Of a stretch of 64,000 nucleotides of DNA, positions 34,626 through 46,247 are shown one piece after another (within the stretch, counting starts at the first letter, position 1; the number at the start of each line of letters is the position of its first letter). The position numbers and the translations under genes are program-made. The stretch is from Amoebidium appalachense (Eukaryota > Protista > Ichthyosporea): contig CAVNZM010000016.1 of the NCBI GenBank assembly GCA_963693365.1, forward strand, positions 2,033,984 through 2,097,983. Direction: 5' to 3'. The notes beneath the pieces are model-generated. The model made no database searches. It was given only the letters and a program-made list of their open reading frames with translations, and was not told the DNA's origin.

Positions 34626-36352
34626 TTTTCTTTTTCTTTTTTTCTCTTTTTTTCTTTTTTTGGGGGGTTGGGGGGGGGGGGGGGGGGGGGGGGTTGCTCT
34701 GCAAATATTTACAGAAGCGTTCGCATTCCCCAGTGCGCGCACGCCAAGGCCTCCTATAAGTCTCGCACTGAATTGTGGCACCAATGGGAATAAGGCGAGT
34801 CTTTGCGCAAGGTGTACGTAATTTTGTGACAATATGATTGGTCGAACTGAACCGGTTGACTGCCTGCCCCCGGTACGTCATCATCAGGGTGAAGCAAATT
34901 CCATACAGGTGACAACAGGTTACTTCTTTCTCATATTACTAGCAGTTGTGTGTAGAGACGCAGCTAAAAAACAAAAACTTATATCGTGTATATATTAAAT
35001 CTAGCTTTATATAGTTTTGATTCATTTTCTCTTCTTGTTCTTGTGAACCTATATTGTTGTCAGCACCCTGGAGAGGATTGGAATGTGCTTTAACTTACCA
35101 CTCATCGACATGTGTATTGAAAATGCAAAAATGAACATTTATTCGCATCATACACACATAAATATATAATTATATATATATATGTTAACTATAAAATAAA
35201 ATTAGCATTCACCATTCATTCCATAAAAATATTCATTCGCAATGCATCCAATGTATAGAAAACATAGTATCTGGCAATTATTCAGATCACTATCGGATTC
35301 GGATTCACTCTCCTCTGTATCACCCTCTACCCGCTCGCAGCTTGCCCAATCACATCTGCACTCTCCAAGACAAGCACATACCCACATGCCACGACCTATG
35401 AGAGAGACTCCTCTGAGATACACATTTACACCAGACTCAAGATCAATATAGCTGCGTGGAATGCACAACGTGAGCGGCACACAGCCCCCTAAATCAATCC
35501 GGCAGACAAATTTCTCAAAATGTCTGATTTTTATTGTTTTATAATGACCTTATGATTAGTTTGTAAACTTTTTTCTTTGCAGGAGCATTGGACAGCACCG
35601 GAGACAGAGTAACAGGGCTCCGCGCCGTGTGCAATGTCCGAGATATGCAGGTGATAGTGGTCGTGAAAATTCGGTGATGTACATATGCTGGTCTATACGA
35701 TTTGCAGTTTAGGTTTTTATTGGTGAAAGTATGTAGAGGAATGTGTTCCTGCATATGTAGACGTTTTGATTGGATTATAGTCATGAGGTGATCCCGCCCG
35801 CAATATTTTTGCATGCCGATGCTTTGGTTTAGAGCCTTTTGGCTGCTGTGTGCGTCTCAGTCGCTGTGCTCATTAGCATAGTGTAGGTAGGCCTCCTTAG
35901 GCTCCCTGTTCGCTGTAAGTAGGTAGGCCTTTTTAGGTTACTGCCTGTAGTCAAGTTTTTGCAATTCAGTGGCCACGCCTGTATGGCCACCTTCGCTGAG
36001 TGGCCGTGTTCCCATTTGTGCCCTTTTCGGCCTACAGTGGTGCCTTCCCACCGCTAGTTTTTCCAGTCCTTGGTGCCCTTTTTGTGTCGCGCCAGCCCCG
36101 CCTCCGACGTAGCCCTGCCGCCACCATGTCGTTCCTTCTCTGACCGACAGCGGTGCCTTGGTTTGGTGGCGCTGTTTCGTCCTCCTACCCCGGGTCGCTC
36201 CCCTACCCGCTCATCATCGCGCTCATTTTGTTTTGGCCCTGGCCCCCCGCGGGCCACGGGCCTTCCAGCTTAAGTAGCCTGGTTGGGGCTTACGCACGGG
36301 TTTTTCTTTCTGTTTGCGGTGCTTCCGCCCGTGCCTTTCATTGTCGTTCATC

Positions 36353-37480
36353 ATGGCCCCGGTAATTTCAATGGAAGCTCGTCCTATGCCACGTCTGCCC
36401 TTAAAGTTTGCCGCCTCTGATCTTTTCCCGATCCCAACCATTCCTGTCCCTACTCGTCGTGACCCTGCAGCCGGTCCCCTTCGCAGCCAGCGCCGTAGGC
36501 AGGCTGACGTTTGTCTCGCCGTGTGTCTGCTGTCACGCTGGCTAACCGCTATATTTGCTCCCTCAACGAGTTGTGGGCAGGTGGCCCTTTCCATTTTCCG
36601 TCTCGGTCGGTGAACAGTCACCACCAAGCCTTCTGGACCTTTGTCCTGAGGGCAAGCCAGGACGCTATACGCGCGGGTGTCTATGATGCTCATCCAGCGA
36701 GTAGTCTCTTGGCCGCGCTCCCCTCGCCCTACCCTGTCCTTACAGGTTGTTTGCCCCTTACTACAGCTGCCAATGCCGCTCTTCCACCCCTTGGGGTAGG
36801 GGCCACGGTCGACGTGTTGCAGTACGTGTGCTGCATCCGTTTTTGTCTTCGCCCGCTGGTGGTCTTCTCAAGCCTTCTCCACCCTCGGCTGCGGAGCTCC
36901 GCCGCATTCGTCCGGCACATTCTGTTCCCAATGGGGAATATGGGCCTTTGCTTCAGCCTGAGCGCCTGCAGGAGTGTGGCATGGTACACTATTTCGAGGC
37001 CACGGACAAGCCGGCGGCCATCAACTTGCGGCCCGGGGCTTTTTGGTGTTCCCAAAGACATGCGTGCTCGTGTGATTTTCGACGGCCATCGCGGCAACTT
37101 GTTCTTCGCTCGCGACCACCCGGCGCTTCAAGTGCATCTCCCCAACCCTGCAGATTTCGCTGATCTCCTGCTGGGCCCCGGCGAGTGCCTTTTCTTTAAC
37201 AAGTCCGACATGGACAACCAGTTCCACCGTCTGCGCGCGCCGCCATGGCTTTGGAAATATTTTGGTCTCCCTCCGGTACTATCCACCGCCGTCGGCCTGC
37301 CTGGCTTTTCCCGGCTTGTGTACCCTGCCCTTAAAACCGTTCCCAATGGCATGGGCTGGGTACTACACTCTGTTCTCGTCGTGCAAGATGTCCACAATCA
37401 GCTAGCAGACGCCGCTGGCATGCCCCGTTTTGAGCGCCTTTGCGCTATTGTTCCCCGAGAAATCGGTTGCTCTCTGTGTT
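36353..37480 (+). pseudogene. Decayed DIRS/Ngaro-like reverse transcriptase, N-terminal half
   Basis: ANRYICSLNELW, FGVPK..RARVIFDG..GN, KSDMDNQFHRL and LKTVP.GMGW..S...VQ match RT motifs 1-4. Frameshifted; no YxDD follows. Confidence 0.65.
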
Positions 37481-37860
37481 GGAATACGTCACTACGTGGT
37501 ACAGCAAGAGTCTTGAAGTATGTGACTGTATGTGTCTTAGGGCCCCTCGTTTGTATTCGTGTCTGCTCTTCTTCTTTGTGCTCTCCGGGCCCCTTCTCTC
37601 CCTTTTGCTCTTTTCTCCACCCCCCCCCCCCCCCCCCCCCCCCCGTATCTCTCTCTCCCTTGTTTCTGTGACTGTGCACGGATATCTGTAGATCTGTGCA
37701 CACCTGGCTCCCTTGCCTGATAGGATTTATTGCATTTTATCTGTGTTTGCTGACTCCTCTGTTTTTCTGAGAGTAGTGTGATTCAATGGCTAGCTATATT
37801 CGTTGTCTTTGTTTTAGTTCAAAGTAGGATGACTCACCAATAGACGCGAGTGAGTACATC

Positions 37861-38582
37861 TGTCGTATCCTATTGTATATGTACTAGAGACGCGGCACTC
37901 TACTAAGTGTACACACACGAAAAGGAACGAACGTGTACTGAAATACGGTAAAGTTTATTCAGACCAGGCTCCGACGGGCAAACTTAGATCCGTACGGAAT
38001 GAGACTAAGTCACAACTGAGGCCATCAAGGCCGTGCCCATCTGAGGCCATCAAGGCCCCTACGATGCCACATTCCAAACATTCCGATCTACTTTTATCGT
38101 GCGCCTGCACGAGCTAAGTCGATCTACTCAACTAATATATTTATCCATGTCTCACCCCTCACCCTCCCCCTAGTGGCACCGCAGAGTCTAAATCTACATT
38201 TCATACTATCCTCCCCCCCCTCCCTCCCCCCCTTTCCTCTACAAATAAAAATAAATAAATACGTTTGGCAACATACACTATCAAACCTTGCCAATACTTA
38301 CAAAAGGGCTTCTGCCCGAACAATCACATTCCTAAGTCCTCCTACGATCTATCCTACACACTAATTAGAATTCTATTGGTCGGCTGTCCCGGCTGACGTG
38401 GTCCAATGCCCTGCGCCGGCAGAGGCAAGATGCACGCAGCTGTACAGCTATCTTGAGGCCCCGGACTTGATCTTGATGATCTGTGGACCCGGGCCACCCC
38501 CCCCCCCCCCCCCCCCCCGCCCCCCCCCCCGATCTCGATCGTAGACTTAGGCTAATCTGCTGAGACGGATTAGTATATGTCA
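37861..38582 (-). repeat. Putative 3' LTR of the Gypsy element (~722 bp)
   Basis: TG...CA termini (tgtcgtat / atatgtca, imperfect inverted repeat). On the minus strand a polypurine tract (G-run-AGT, about 38593-38583) abuts it. No second copy in the window, so the left boundary is inferred. Confidence 0.6.
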
Positions 38583-38787
38583 ACTCCCCCCCCGGCCCCC
38601 GGAAAAGCTGAGTCCCACCTCAGTCACATTACATCTAACACCCCCTAAAAAGACATAGACTAATCAGTCTCCCAAAAAAAAATTAAAATTAAATAAATTA
38701 CGAAGAAAAATAATAAATTAATCTACACCAGAAGCTTGATACATACGGAGACACCTATGATAATAAATTAAATTCCTACGACTACGT

Positions 38788-39923
38788 TCACACTCCTCCT
38801 CGGTCTCCTCCCCCCCTCCCCCCCCCCCCACGGCGTGTGTCTACGTGTATTTGCAGCACTCCCCCCCCGGCCCCCTCCCCCATCGACTTTTTCACACCAC
38901 GATGATTAAACTGAGGAATAACTCTCTTTGGCCTAGAGGGAGCACTAGGCAACTCCCTCTGCACTAATCTAGCCTCATAAGCACGAATAGAAAACGGGCA
39001 ATCCAAATGAAACTCAGGCAACCACTGATCTTCCTGATAACCTCCCTCAAAACGAATTAAATAATAATTTACCTTACCTTCCTTACCTTCGATAACCTTT
39101 TTATCCATAATTTTATCTACTGCAGCCTCCGATACATCCACCGACCCGTCATAGTCGGGGGTGAATGCATCTAACACTCGACGGCCCTCCGGCCGTTTAA
39201 CCCTAAGGGCCCTTTCATAATATTCCTTTATATCATCTACATTATAAAATCTAACATCACTCTCATTATCTAACCTCTGCACCTTATATTCCGTCGGACC
39301 TAACCTAGCCACTATTTTATACGGACCGATAAAAAGAGGCAACCATTTCTTACCATACTTACGAAGACCTTCACCTTCACCCTTACCTTCCTGCTCCTGC
39401 TTATATCTCTTTTTCCTAGTATGATCCCTAATTAAAACTAAAGTACCCTCGGCAAATTCACGTAACGGACGTGTGGACACGTCTGTAAGTGCCTGTGCCT
39501 GCTGTGTACGGGCCAGAGCTGCATCACGTGCAGCCCGGGCCCGGGTTAGTAGCTGCTCCCGGAACTCAGTCCAGTCCAGTGGGGATAAGTTAGTCGGTCA
39601 GCCCCCCCCATCGGCAAAAGTGCCGTATCTAACAAACTAATAGCCTCCTGCCCATAGACCAAATAAAACGGAGAAAAACCAGTCACAGCACGAGGGGTAG
39701 AATTATATGAATGAGCAATAAACCTAGACATATGATCCCAATCATTAGCCTCCACATCCACCATTTTGCCAAAGGACTTCTGAAACACTGCATGCACACG
39801 TTCAGAGATGGCATTTGCTTGAGGGTGATATGCAGACGTAGTGATATGAGCTACCCTTAAAATTTTACACACCTCCGACACCAACTGATTTAAAAACACA
39901 CGACTCCTATCCGTTAACAAAAC
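38788..39923 (-). pseudogene. pol: Gypsy integrase C-terminal half, GPY motif and chromodomain
   Basis: LTDR, TSAYHPQANAISER, YNSTP..VTGFSPF, FIGPYKI and AVDKIMDKK...YYLIRFEG....DQWLPE..L.C. Confidence 0.9.
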
Positions 39924-41466
39924 ACGAGGACAACCAAATTTTTTTTTATTTTTTATTTTATCACGTTTTGTTCCCGGAGGGCCTTTTCAGGCCCTCTAGG
40001 GAAACTACCGTCTACCACACAGCACCGACAGTACACTAGTTAAGGTGCTATCTATGAGTTCAGCTAAGCTAAACCATCCTTCACAACCTAACTATAAGTA
40101 CACACTTTGCCCAGGGCTACTACCCCAGCCACGCCGGCAGGAGGCTCCAGTCCTCCCCTCCATTCAAACTGAAACCTAGCAATAAACGTTAACCGAGGGC
40201 TCTCATTGGTCGATCTACAGTATTGGGAAGTCCTAGGTGTTGTGTATAATATTTACGGTGGGTATGGGTGGATGATGGGGTGTGGTGGTGGTGGTGGGGG
40301 GGGGGTTGCTGCCTAACATTATGTGTTGGTGTACGTATGTTGTGGCGATGTTTTTGTGGACTAAAAGGTGGGTTTTACAGGGCACACCGGGTCTGTGGGT
40401 GTTCCGGCATTCAGAACAGGCCGGCCGGGTGTGTGTGGGGGGTGTATTTGTTGGTTTTTTGGGTTTTTGGAGAGCCATACTTTTCTTTCTACGGGTGGTG
40501 GGTATATGGTGGTGTTTTTGCATTTTAGGGTGGGTGGGGGGGAGTGTTGTGTTCCGTGGGTGCCAAATTTTTGAAAAGAAAAAGGATTGCAACTCTACTG
40601 TGATTTTTCCTAAGATGGCCCGGGTGGTGGTCTTGGTGGTGCCGGTGGCTGCAAGTAGTGGGCCCACCGATCGTGGGCAGAATCCCCGTTCGACCCACTT
40701 GGTGTCTTCGGGGTCAGGTGGGTCACCGTTGCCTCCTATCCAGTTTATCCATGCACATTGGTCTACCACCGTGGCTGCCGTATGGTGGTGCTGTGCCGTG
40801 GGGGTGTTTGGATGACGAGTGTGCAGGACGTTGTGGATGCAGGCTGTGATGGCGGTGGTCAGGGTGGGGACTTCCCCGGCATGGGCCGGGCAGGCCCAGA
40901 GGTGGGTGGTGGTCTCAGGGTGCTGGCTGCACCGGGGGCATGTGGGCTGTGTAACGACGGTGGGGTGATCTCGGTGTAGCCGTGCCATGGTAGGCAGGGT
41001 GCCCATGGCCAGGGACAGGCTACGAGTGTTTCCTCTGACTGCCCCGATGGTTGCCTGTGTGGGCCCCTTGTTGAGCTTGAGGGGGTTCCGTTCGGCTGGG
41101 AGCAGTCTGGGGTCGGCTAGTATGGACATAGCCTTGGTCTTGCCGGCCATGTCGGTGAGGAAGTCCTTGTTCAACCGGTTCAGTGTACCGGGAATGTTGC
41201 CGGGGATACGGTGGCCTTGTAGTCGTAGGAAGTATTTCCCCCCCCCCGGGGCCGGAGGTAGGGGGGGGGGGGGGGAGGACTCTTCCTGCATTGGCTGCCT
41301 TGTCTGCCTCGTTATTCCGTTGACCGTACCGTTTGGTGTTGGATTGGTGCCCCTTCACCCACGATACCTGTACAGAGCCTGGTTGCCGGAGAGAGAGTTG
41401 GTCTCGTACGTGAGCCCATTCCACTATGTGGGGGAACTTTAGCTTGCGTCGAGGGGGTGTGGTGGG

Positions 41467-41946
41467 TGTAAACAGTTGGACTAGTTAGGATAAGGCAGAG
41501 TACAACTGAATCAAAATAAAGACAGAGAACGGGTAGAAAGGCACACGCGGCCAGGTTGCTTTTACTATGGGCCGACTCAGTCTGTCTCAGACTTCACTGA
41601 TGTGATCCCCGTACTGGGACGGCTTTCTTATATAGCCCCCAGGTTTCGGATCAAGGCCCAGGATTGGTTCATCCGCGGCCAGCGCGGGTGGCAACATGCC
41701 ATTCGTGATTCTGGTGCGGTCCGAGCCAGTCAGACCTTCGTCCTATTTATGCAAACCTCTTATTGGTTCACTTCGTTTATGTGGTATGCAGCTGAAGAAT
41801 CATACATGGTTCATTTCTTAGGTAAGATTGATTCCTATTGGTGTGGACATAATATTTATGTGATATTCATGACAAAGAACGAATTGTGTGCTAGTAGATC
41901 ACATTCTTTAGTAAACATGTACAGTTCATGTGTACAGTTGTTTACA
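41467..41946 (-). repeat. 3' LTR (480 bp)
   Basis: TGTAAACA...TGTTTACA ends; adjacent ctccccccctt is the minus-strand PPT. Confidence 0.95.
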
Positions 41947-44560
41947 CTCCCCCCCTTGTCGGGAGCCTGGTGGTGTCGTTAGACAAGCAAACCACCAGGC
42001 TGAGAGGCGATAAACAACCTTCAGCGAGAATTCTTGTGTGTGCCGAGCTGCTGGACAGAACAGAGCAAGGACGGTGGAATAGAGTTGTGCACGTCTATGA
42101 GCACTTCTTCATTTGCCAAAACGTAAATTCATGCAGCATTCTTCTGTGATTTCATTTTCGTGGCGAAGATTGTTGCAGAGTGTGCGTGCGAATAATTCGC
42201 TAAGCCTTCGTCTCTGTGCTTGGCTTTTCTGTAGAAGTAGTATTTTCCTTTTTGGGAATTTTTCCTTTTTAGGATACTCCCGCAGATTCGTTTTCAATTG
42301 CGAGTAATTTGGTTGTGTGGATGAATGATCATACCAAACATTCGATAATGAATATAACTCGAGCCTTAGGTCACTTCGTAGCTCAGGTAGTGGTGGATAG
42401 CTTCAAGGCTTAGCCGCTGCTCCTTATCCCGGTTCTACCTTAAGACTGTAAGGCGAGTCACCATGGCCGGAAAAGCCACTTCTTTCATGAACAAAGAGCA
42501 CTTCTTTCCTTTCAGCTTTAACCCTGCATCATCGGAGCCGGGAATAACATGAATAAGGATGCCCTAAGTGTTCTTCGTTGGGCGACATAAAGAAATATAT
42601 CACCCGTCAGAACCAGTAAAAGCCCGGTTCATAATTCATAAGAAGAGGGTAGGCAAAGCAAGCCTCCTTCAGAAAACACATGCTTCCATTCGTGAGCAGT
42701 TTTCGTATCCCATTTGCCAGCCATTTTTCGTTGAGCAGGGGGATTCCAGACATAATACATTCTTCTGGAGGCTTGGCCTAAAAAGAAAAGTCGTCAGAGT
42801 CGCCCTTTCTTTTGTAAGCAACTTCGTGAGCGCGCTTCGTATCTTCATATCCTCCAGTGCAGGTCTGGATGGTGCCCCATCCTCTGCTTCATTTGTAGGT
42901 GGCCCTACTGTAGGTTCTGTTCGTTGTGTGGAATACCAAAACCATTCGTATTCGTGGAACTGCTTTGTGCTGTGCTTGCTTTCGTGTTGGTGTTCATGTA
43001 GTTACCCCATTCACACACCTACTACTTTCATACATCAGACGTAAGTAGCTGCCTGGGGGGTGTGTGGTTCGTGTTCGTGGCATTCTTCTGTTCCTTCGTG
43101 AGAAGAATATTCGTTTTAGCAGAGGTGCCCAATAAGGCAGCTTGTGGGGTTGTCTCCCGCATGTGCCCATTGGTGGGGTATGCACGTGCTAAATTGTTAC
43201 AGTGTCATCATATTGCAAGGGAATAACATGGTCACCTCCGTACCAGGGCCTAGGTACACATGATGGTCCGATGTGTTAGTCAACAACACCTTGCATTCGT
43301 ATTCGTATTCGTCTTCCACGTCACTTTCTTCAGTAGTGAAGGAGGGTATTCGTAATTCGAAACTGAAAGGCTTCCAGCCAAAATACTGACACTGTATGCT
43401 GGGGTTGTGAGGGAACGGTGCCCATACCACATTCTTTTGTTCTGGTGGGGGTGTGCCGGCAGCTAGTGCAAGGCTTGACAGTGTAATTGGTATGTTACAC
43501 AGTATTGCCACAGACGGGCATTCACCTTAAAATTCGTACCCAACACCTTCTTTGTTTTTCACATGCATGAACAAAAGTTCTGCATCGACTTTATTACATG
43601 CCTTTTGTGCACCAAGAGTGCAAATTCGTTAGGGCGTGGCACCAGGAAGGGCCGCCATACATGAGGCATATGTTCGTAATGTGTTTAGGCATGCCAGCAT
43701 ACATTCATGCGCATGTTGTGCATCCTGTGCGCTAAACTATGGGGCATGCTGTATTCGAAAACAGCAAGAAATTCGAAGCATGCATGCAAAACTACTTTCA
43801 CAGCACCTTATGTCCTCAATGCTATAGGAACAGCGACTATCTTCTTCTTTAAATGCATTCGTGCTGAAAGTGGCCGTGCATCTGGCTTGCGAGTGTGGAG
43901 GTGCATGCGGTGGCATGGACACGATGACAGTGTGCAATAGCGCAATGCACGCAAGGGCAACGGTTTTATTTTCTTCCTAACATAGAGGGGGCTGTGTGCA
44001 TTGCAACCCAAGCAGTGTTGTGCATTCGTTCTTGCATTTTCGTATTTCCAGTTCATTTTGCTTTCGTTTTTCGTTTTTTGTCGTTTGATAAATTCGTTAC
44101 TTTGTTTTGTTTTGTGTTGCATTCATTTGTATTTCCTCTATGCATTCGCTTGTCGTTAATTCTTTATTTCATTGCGTATTCGTGATGGTTCGTTTTTCGT
44201 TGGTTCATTGCTTCGTTAGCAATTCTTTATTCGTTTGTTCGTGTATTCGTTGTTTCGTTGTGTATTCGTTTTTCTTCACATTTTTGATGTGTCGTAGCAA
44301 AAGAAGTTTTACATGCTTTCAATTCTTTCCGTGTAGGTGGGCTGGCCACTTCAAACTTGTAGGTGTATATATTCTAAGCCGGACAAGGAAAGATGTGCCT
44401 ATCATCGGGGTAAAAAGGATTGTGATCGGCCATGGGAGATTCTTGAGCTGATTGAAAGATGTGAGATTCTTGAACTGATTGAAAGATGTGAGATTCGAAG
44501 GATGCGAGATTCTTGAACTGCGCGGTCGCCAATGTAAACAGTTGGCAATGTAAAACAGTG

Positions 44561-44578
44561 TCCTGCCGCGGTCGCCAA
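44561..44578 (-). promoter_or_regulatory. Primer-binding site TGGCGACCGCGGCAGGA (complementary to a tRNA 3' end, probably tRNA-Ser type)
   Basis: Plus strand tcctgccgcggtcgcca reads as a tRNA T-arm/acceptor end with a G discriminator and CCA, 1 nt from the LTR. Confidence 0.75.
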
Positions 44579-45058
44579 TGTAAACAGTTGGACTAGTTAG
44601 GATAAGGCAGAGTACAACTGAATCAAAATAAAGACAGAGAACGGGTAGAAAGGCACACGCGGCCAGGTTGCTTTTACTATGGGCCGACTCAGTCTGTCTC
44701 AGACTTCACTGATGTGATCCCCGTACTGGGACGGCTTTCTTATATAGCCCCCAGGTTTCGGATCAAGGCCCAGGATTGGTTCATCCGCGGCCAGCGCGGG
44801 TGGCAACATGCCATTCGTGATTCTGGTGCGGTCCGAGCCAGTCAGACCTTCGTCCTATTTATGCAAACCTCTTATTGGTTCACTTCGTTTATGTGGTATG
44901 CAGCTGAAGAATCATACATGGTTCATTTCTTAGGTAAGATTGATTCCTATTGGTGTGGACATAATATTTATGTGATATTCATGACAAAGAACGAATTGTG
45001 TGCTAGTAGATCACATTCTTTAGTAAACATGTACAGTTCATGTGTACAGTTGTTTACA
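44579..45058 (-). repeat. 5' LTR (480 bp)
   Basis: Same sequence as 41467-41946 by visual comparison. Confidence 0.95.
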
Positions 45059-46247
45059 GTGGGGTCTATATTTGCCGTCCATCGGTCGACTACTCCGAGG
45101 TTATCGAGCTTGATGTGGATGGGGGTGGTGGTGGGGGTGAGCAGGAGGGCTAGTAGTACCCCTGTGAGTTCGGCTTGGGCCACTGGATGATAGGGCCGTA
45201 TGGAGCCTGGTCTTGGCCGTCACTGGAGGTGCTTTCCGGTCCGGGGTGTCCAGTACCGCCCCGGCTCCGGCCTGGGCTATCCTCCTGCCCGGGTGGATGA
45301 GGCTGCCGTCCGTATAAACGGTGATCGGTTGGTCTGGGGGGATCAGGGTGATTTGCTGCTGCCACTCGTCATAGGTGGCCTGGGGCACCAAGTCGGTGTA
45401 GGTGAGCCTACGGGGAGTGGGTGGGCTCGGCAGGTCAGCCGGGTGGGCCGTGCACTTGTGTCCTGGTGGTGACCCTACCGGTGGTGGCTGCTGGGGGGGG
45501 GGGTGGGCCGGGGAGGTCCCCCGGTAAGGGGGTGGCTTCCTCGTTGGCTTGCAGGTGGAGCATCTGGGGTGATGCCTGTTGGTGGGGGGGAAGATGCCGC
45601 CGGAAATGGTGTATCTTCCTCCACTGCTCGGCCGGATCGGAGCCATCCTTCAGTGCGATGACTTGGTAGATGTCGATACTGTCGGTGTTGATGAAGTCCT
45701 TGTGGTACTTCGGGACTACCATGTGGGTGGTGATTCGGGTCTTGAAGGCCACGTAGGGGTCTGCCCGTATCACCTCCACAGCACGGGTCCACCCCACACA
45801 CTGCTTGTTGTGGGTGTGATTATCGGCTGGGGGCTCAGGGGGCTCGTATTTGCTGTTGGTGCTGTCGGTGTTAGAGTCCTCTGAGTCGTCGGAGTCGTCG
45901 CTGGGCCCCGTCGACTCCGATTCTGGCTCCGTGTCTAACCCTTCCCCCTCTCCGTCTGCGTACCCGGGGTTGGGGGAGAGGGTGGCCGGGGTGTAGGCTA
46001 GGTTCCATGGGGAGTGGCCGTATTTGCAGTCACCAGGGCAAAAGCGGAAATGGGCTGTTCCATGTGGGTCGTTCCACGTGGGTCGGTGCCATCTCAGCCC
46101 CTCCTCCTCTGTGTTGTCCCGTAGATGGGCTATTTTGACCCAAGCCTCCCCGTTGTGGGTGGTGTGGGCCACCACCTGGCTGAGTTCGTATTGCCCGTTC
46201 TTGACTATTTCCACCACGAATGCACCGACGGGGTGGTTTGGCACGAG

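Larger units (their letters stand above)
41467..45058 (-). mobile_element. Non-autonomous LTR element (LARD/TRIM-like) inserted in the LINE RNase H
   Basis: Two apparently identical 480-bp LTRs; 5-bp TSD GTGGG (41462-41466 and 45059-45063); PBS next to the right LTR and PPT next to the left LTR; no gag/pol ORF in the 2.6-kb interior. Confidence 0.92.
39939..46247 (-). mobile_element. 5'-truncated non-LTR retrotransposon (LINE) with RNase H and CCHC finger, inserted in the Gypsy integrase
   Basis: 15-bp TSD acgaggacaaccaaa (39924-39938 and 46248-46262). A-rich tail (T-run at 39939-39961). RNase H motifs VYTDGS, AQAELTG, LDNLGV and WVKGH...NNEAD..A; CPRC...ETTTHLWAC. Confidence 0.9.

Noticed and set aside
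37477-37860. TGTTGG as the start of another LTR truncating the DIRS-like RT
   Set aside because: No second copy, PBS or TSD; it could equally be decayed RT sequence.
44561-44578. tRNA gene
   Set aside because: Only the 3' 17 nt of a tRNA-like sequence are present; it is a retroelement PBS. No tRNA or rRNA gene was recognised in the window.
41602-45190. Duplicated 126-aa and 158-aa ORFs as a gene pair
   Set aside because: They are chance frames within the two LTRs.
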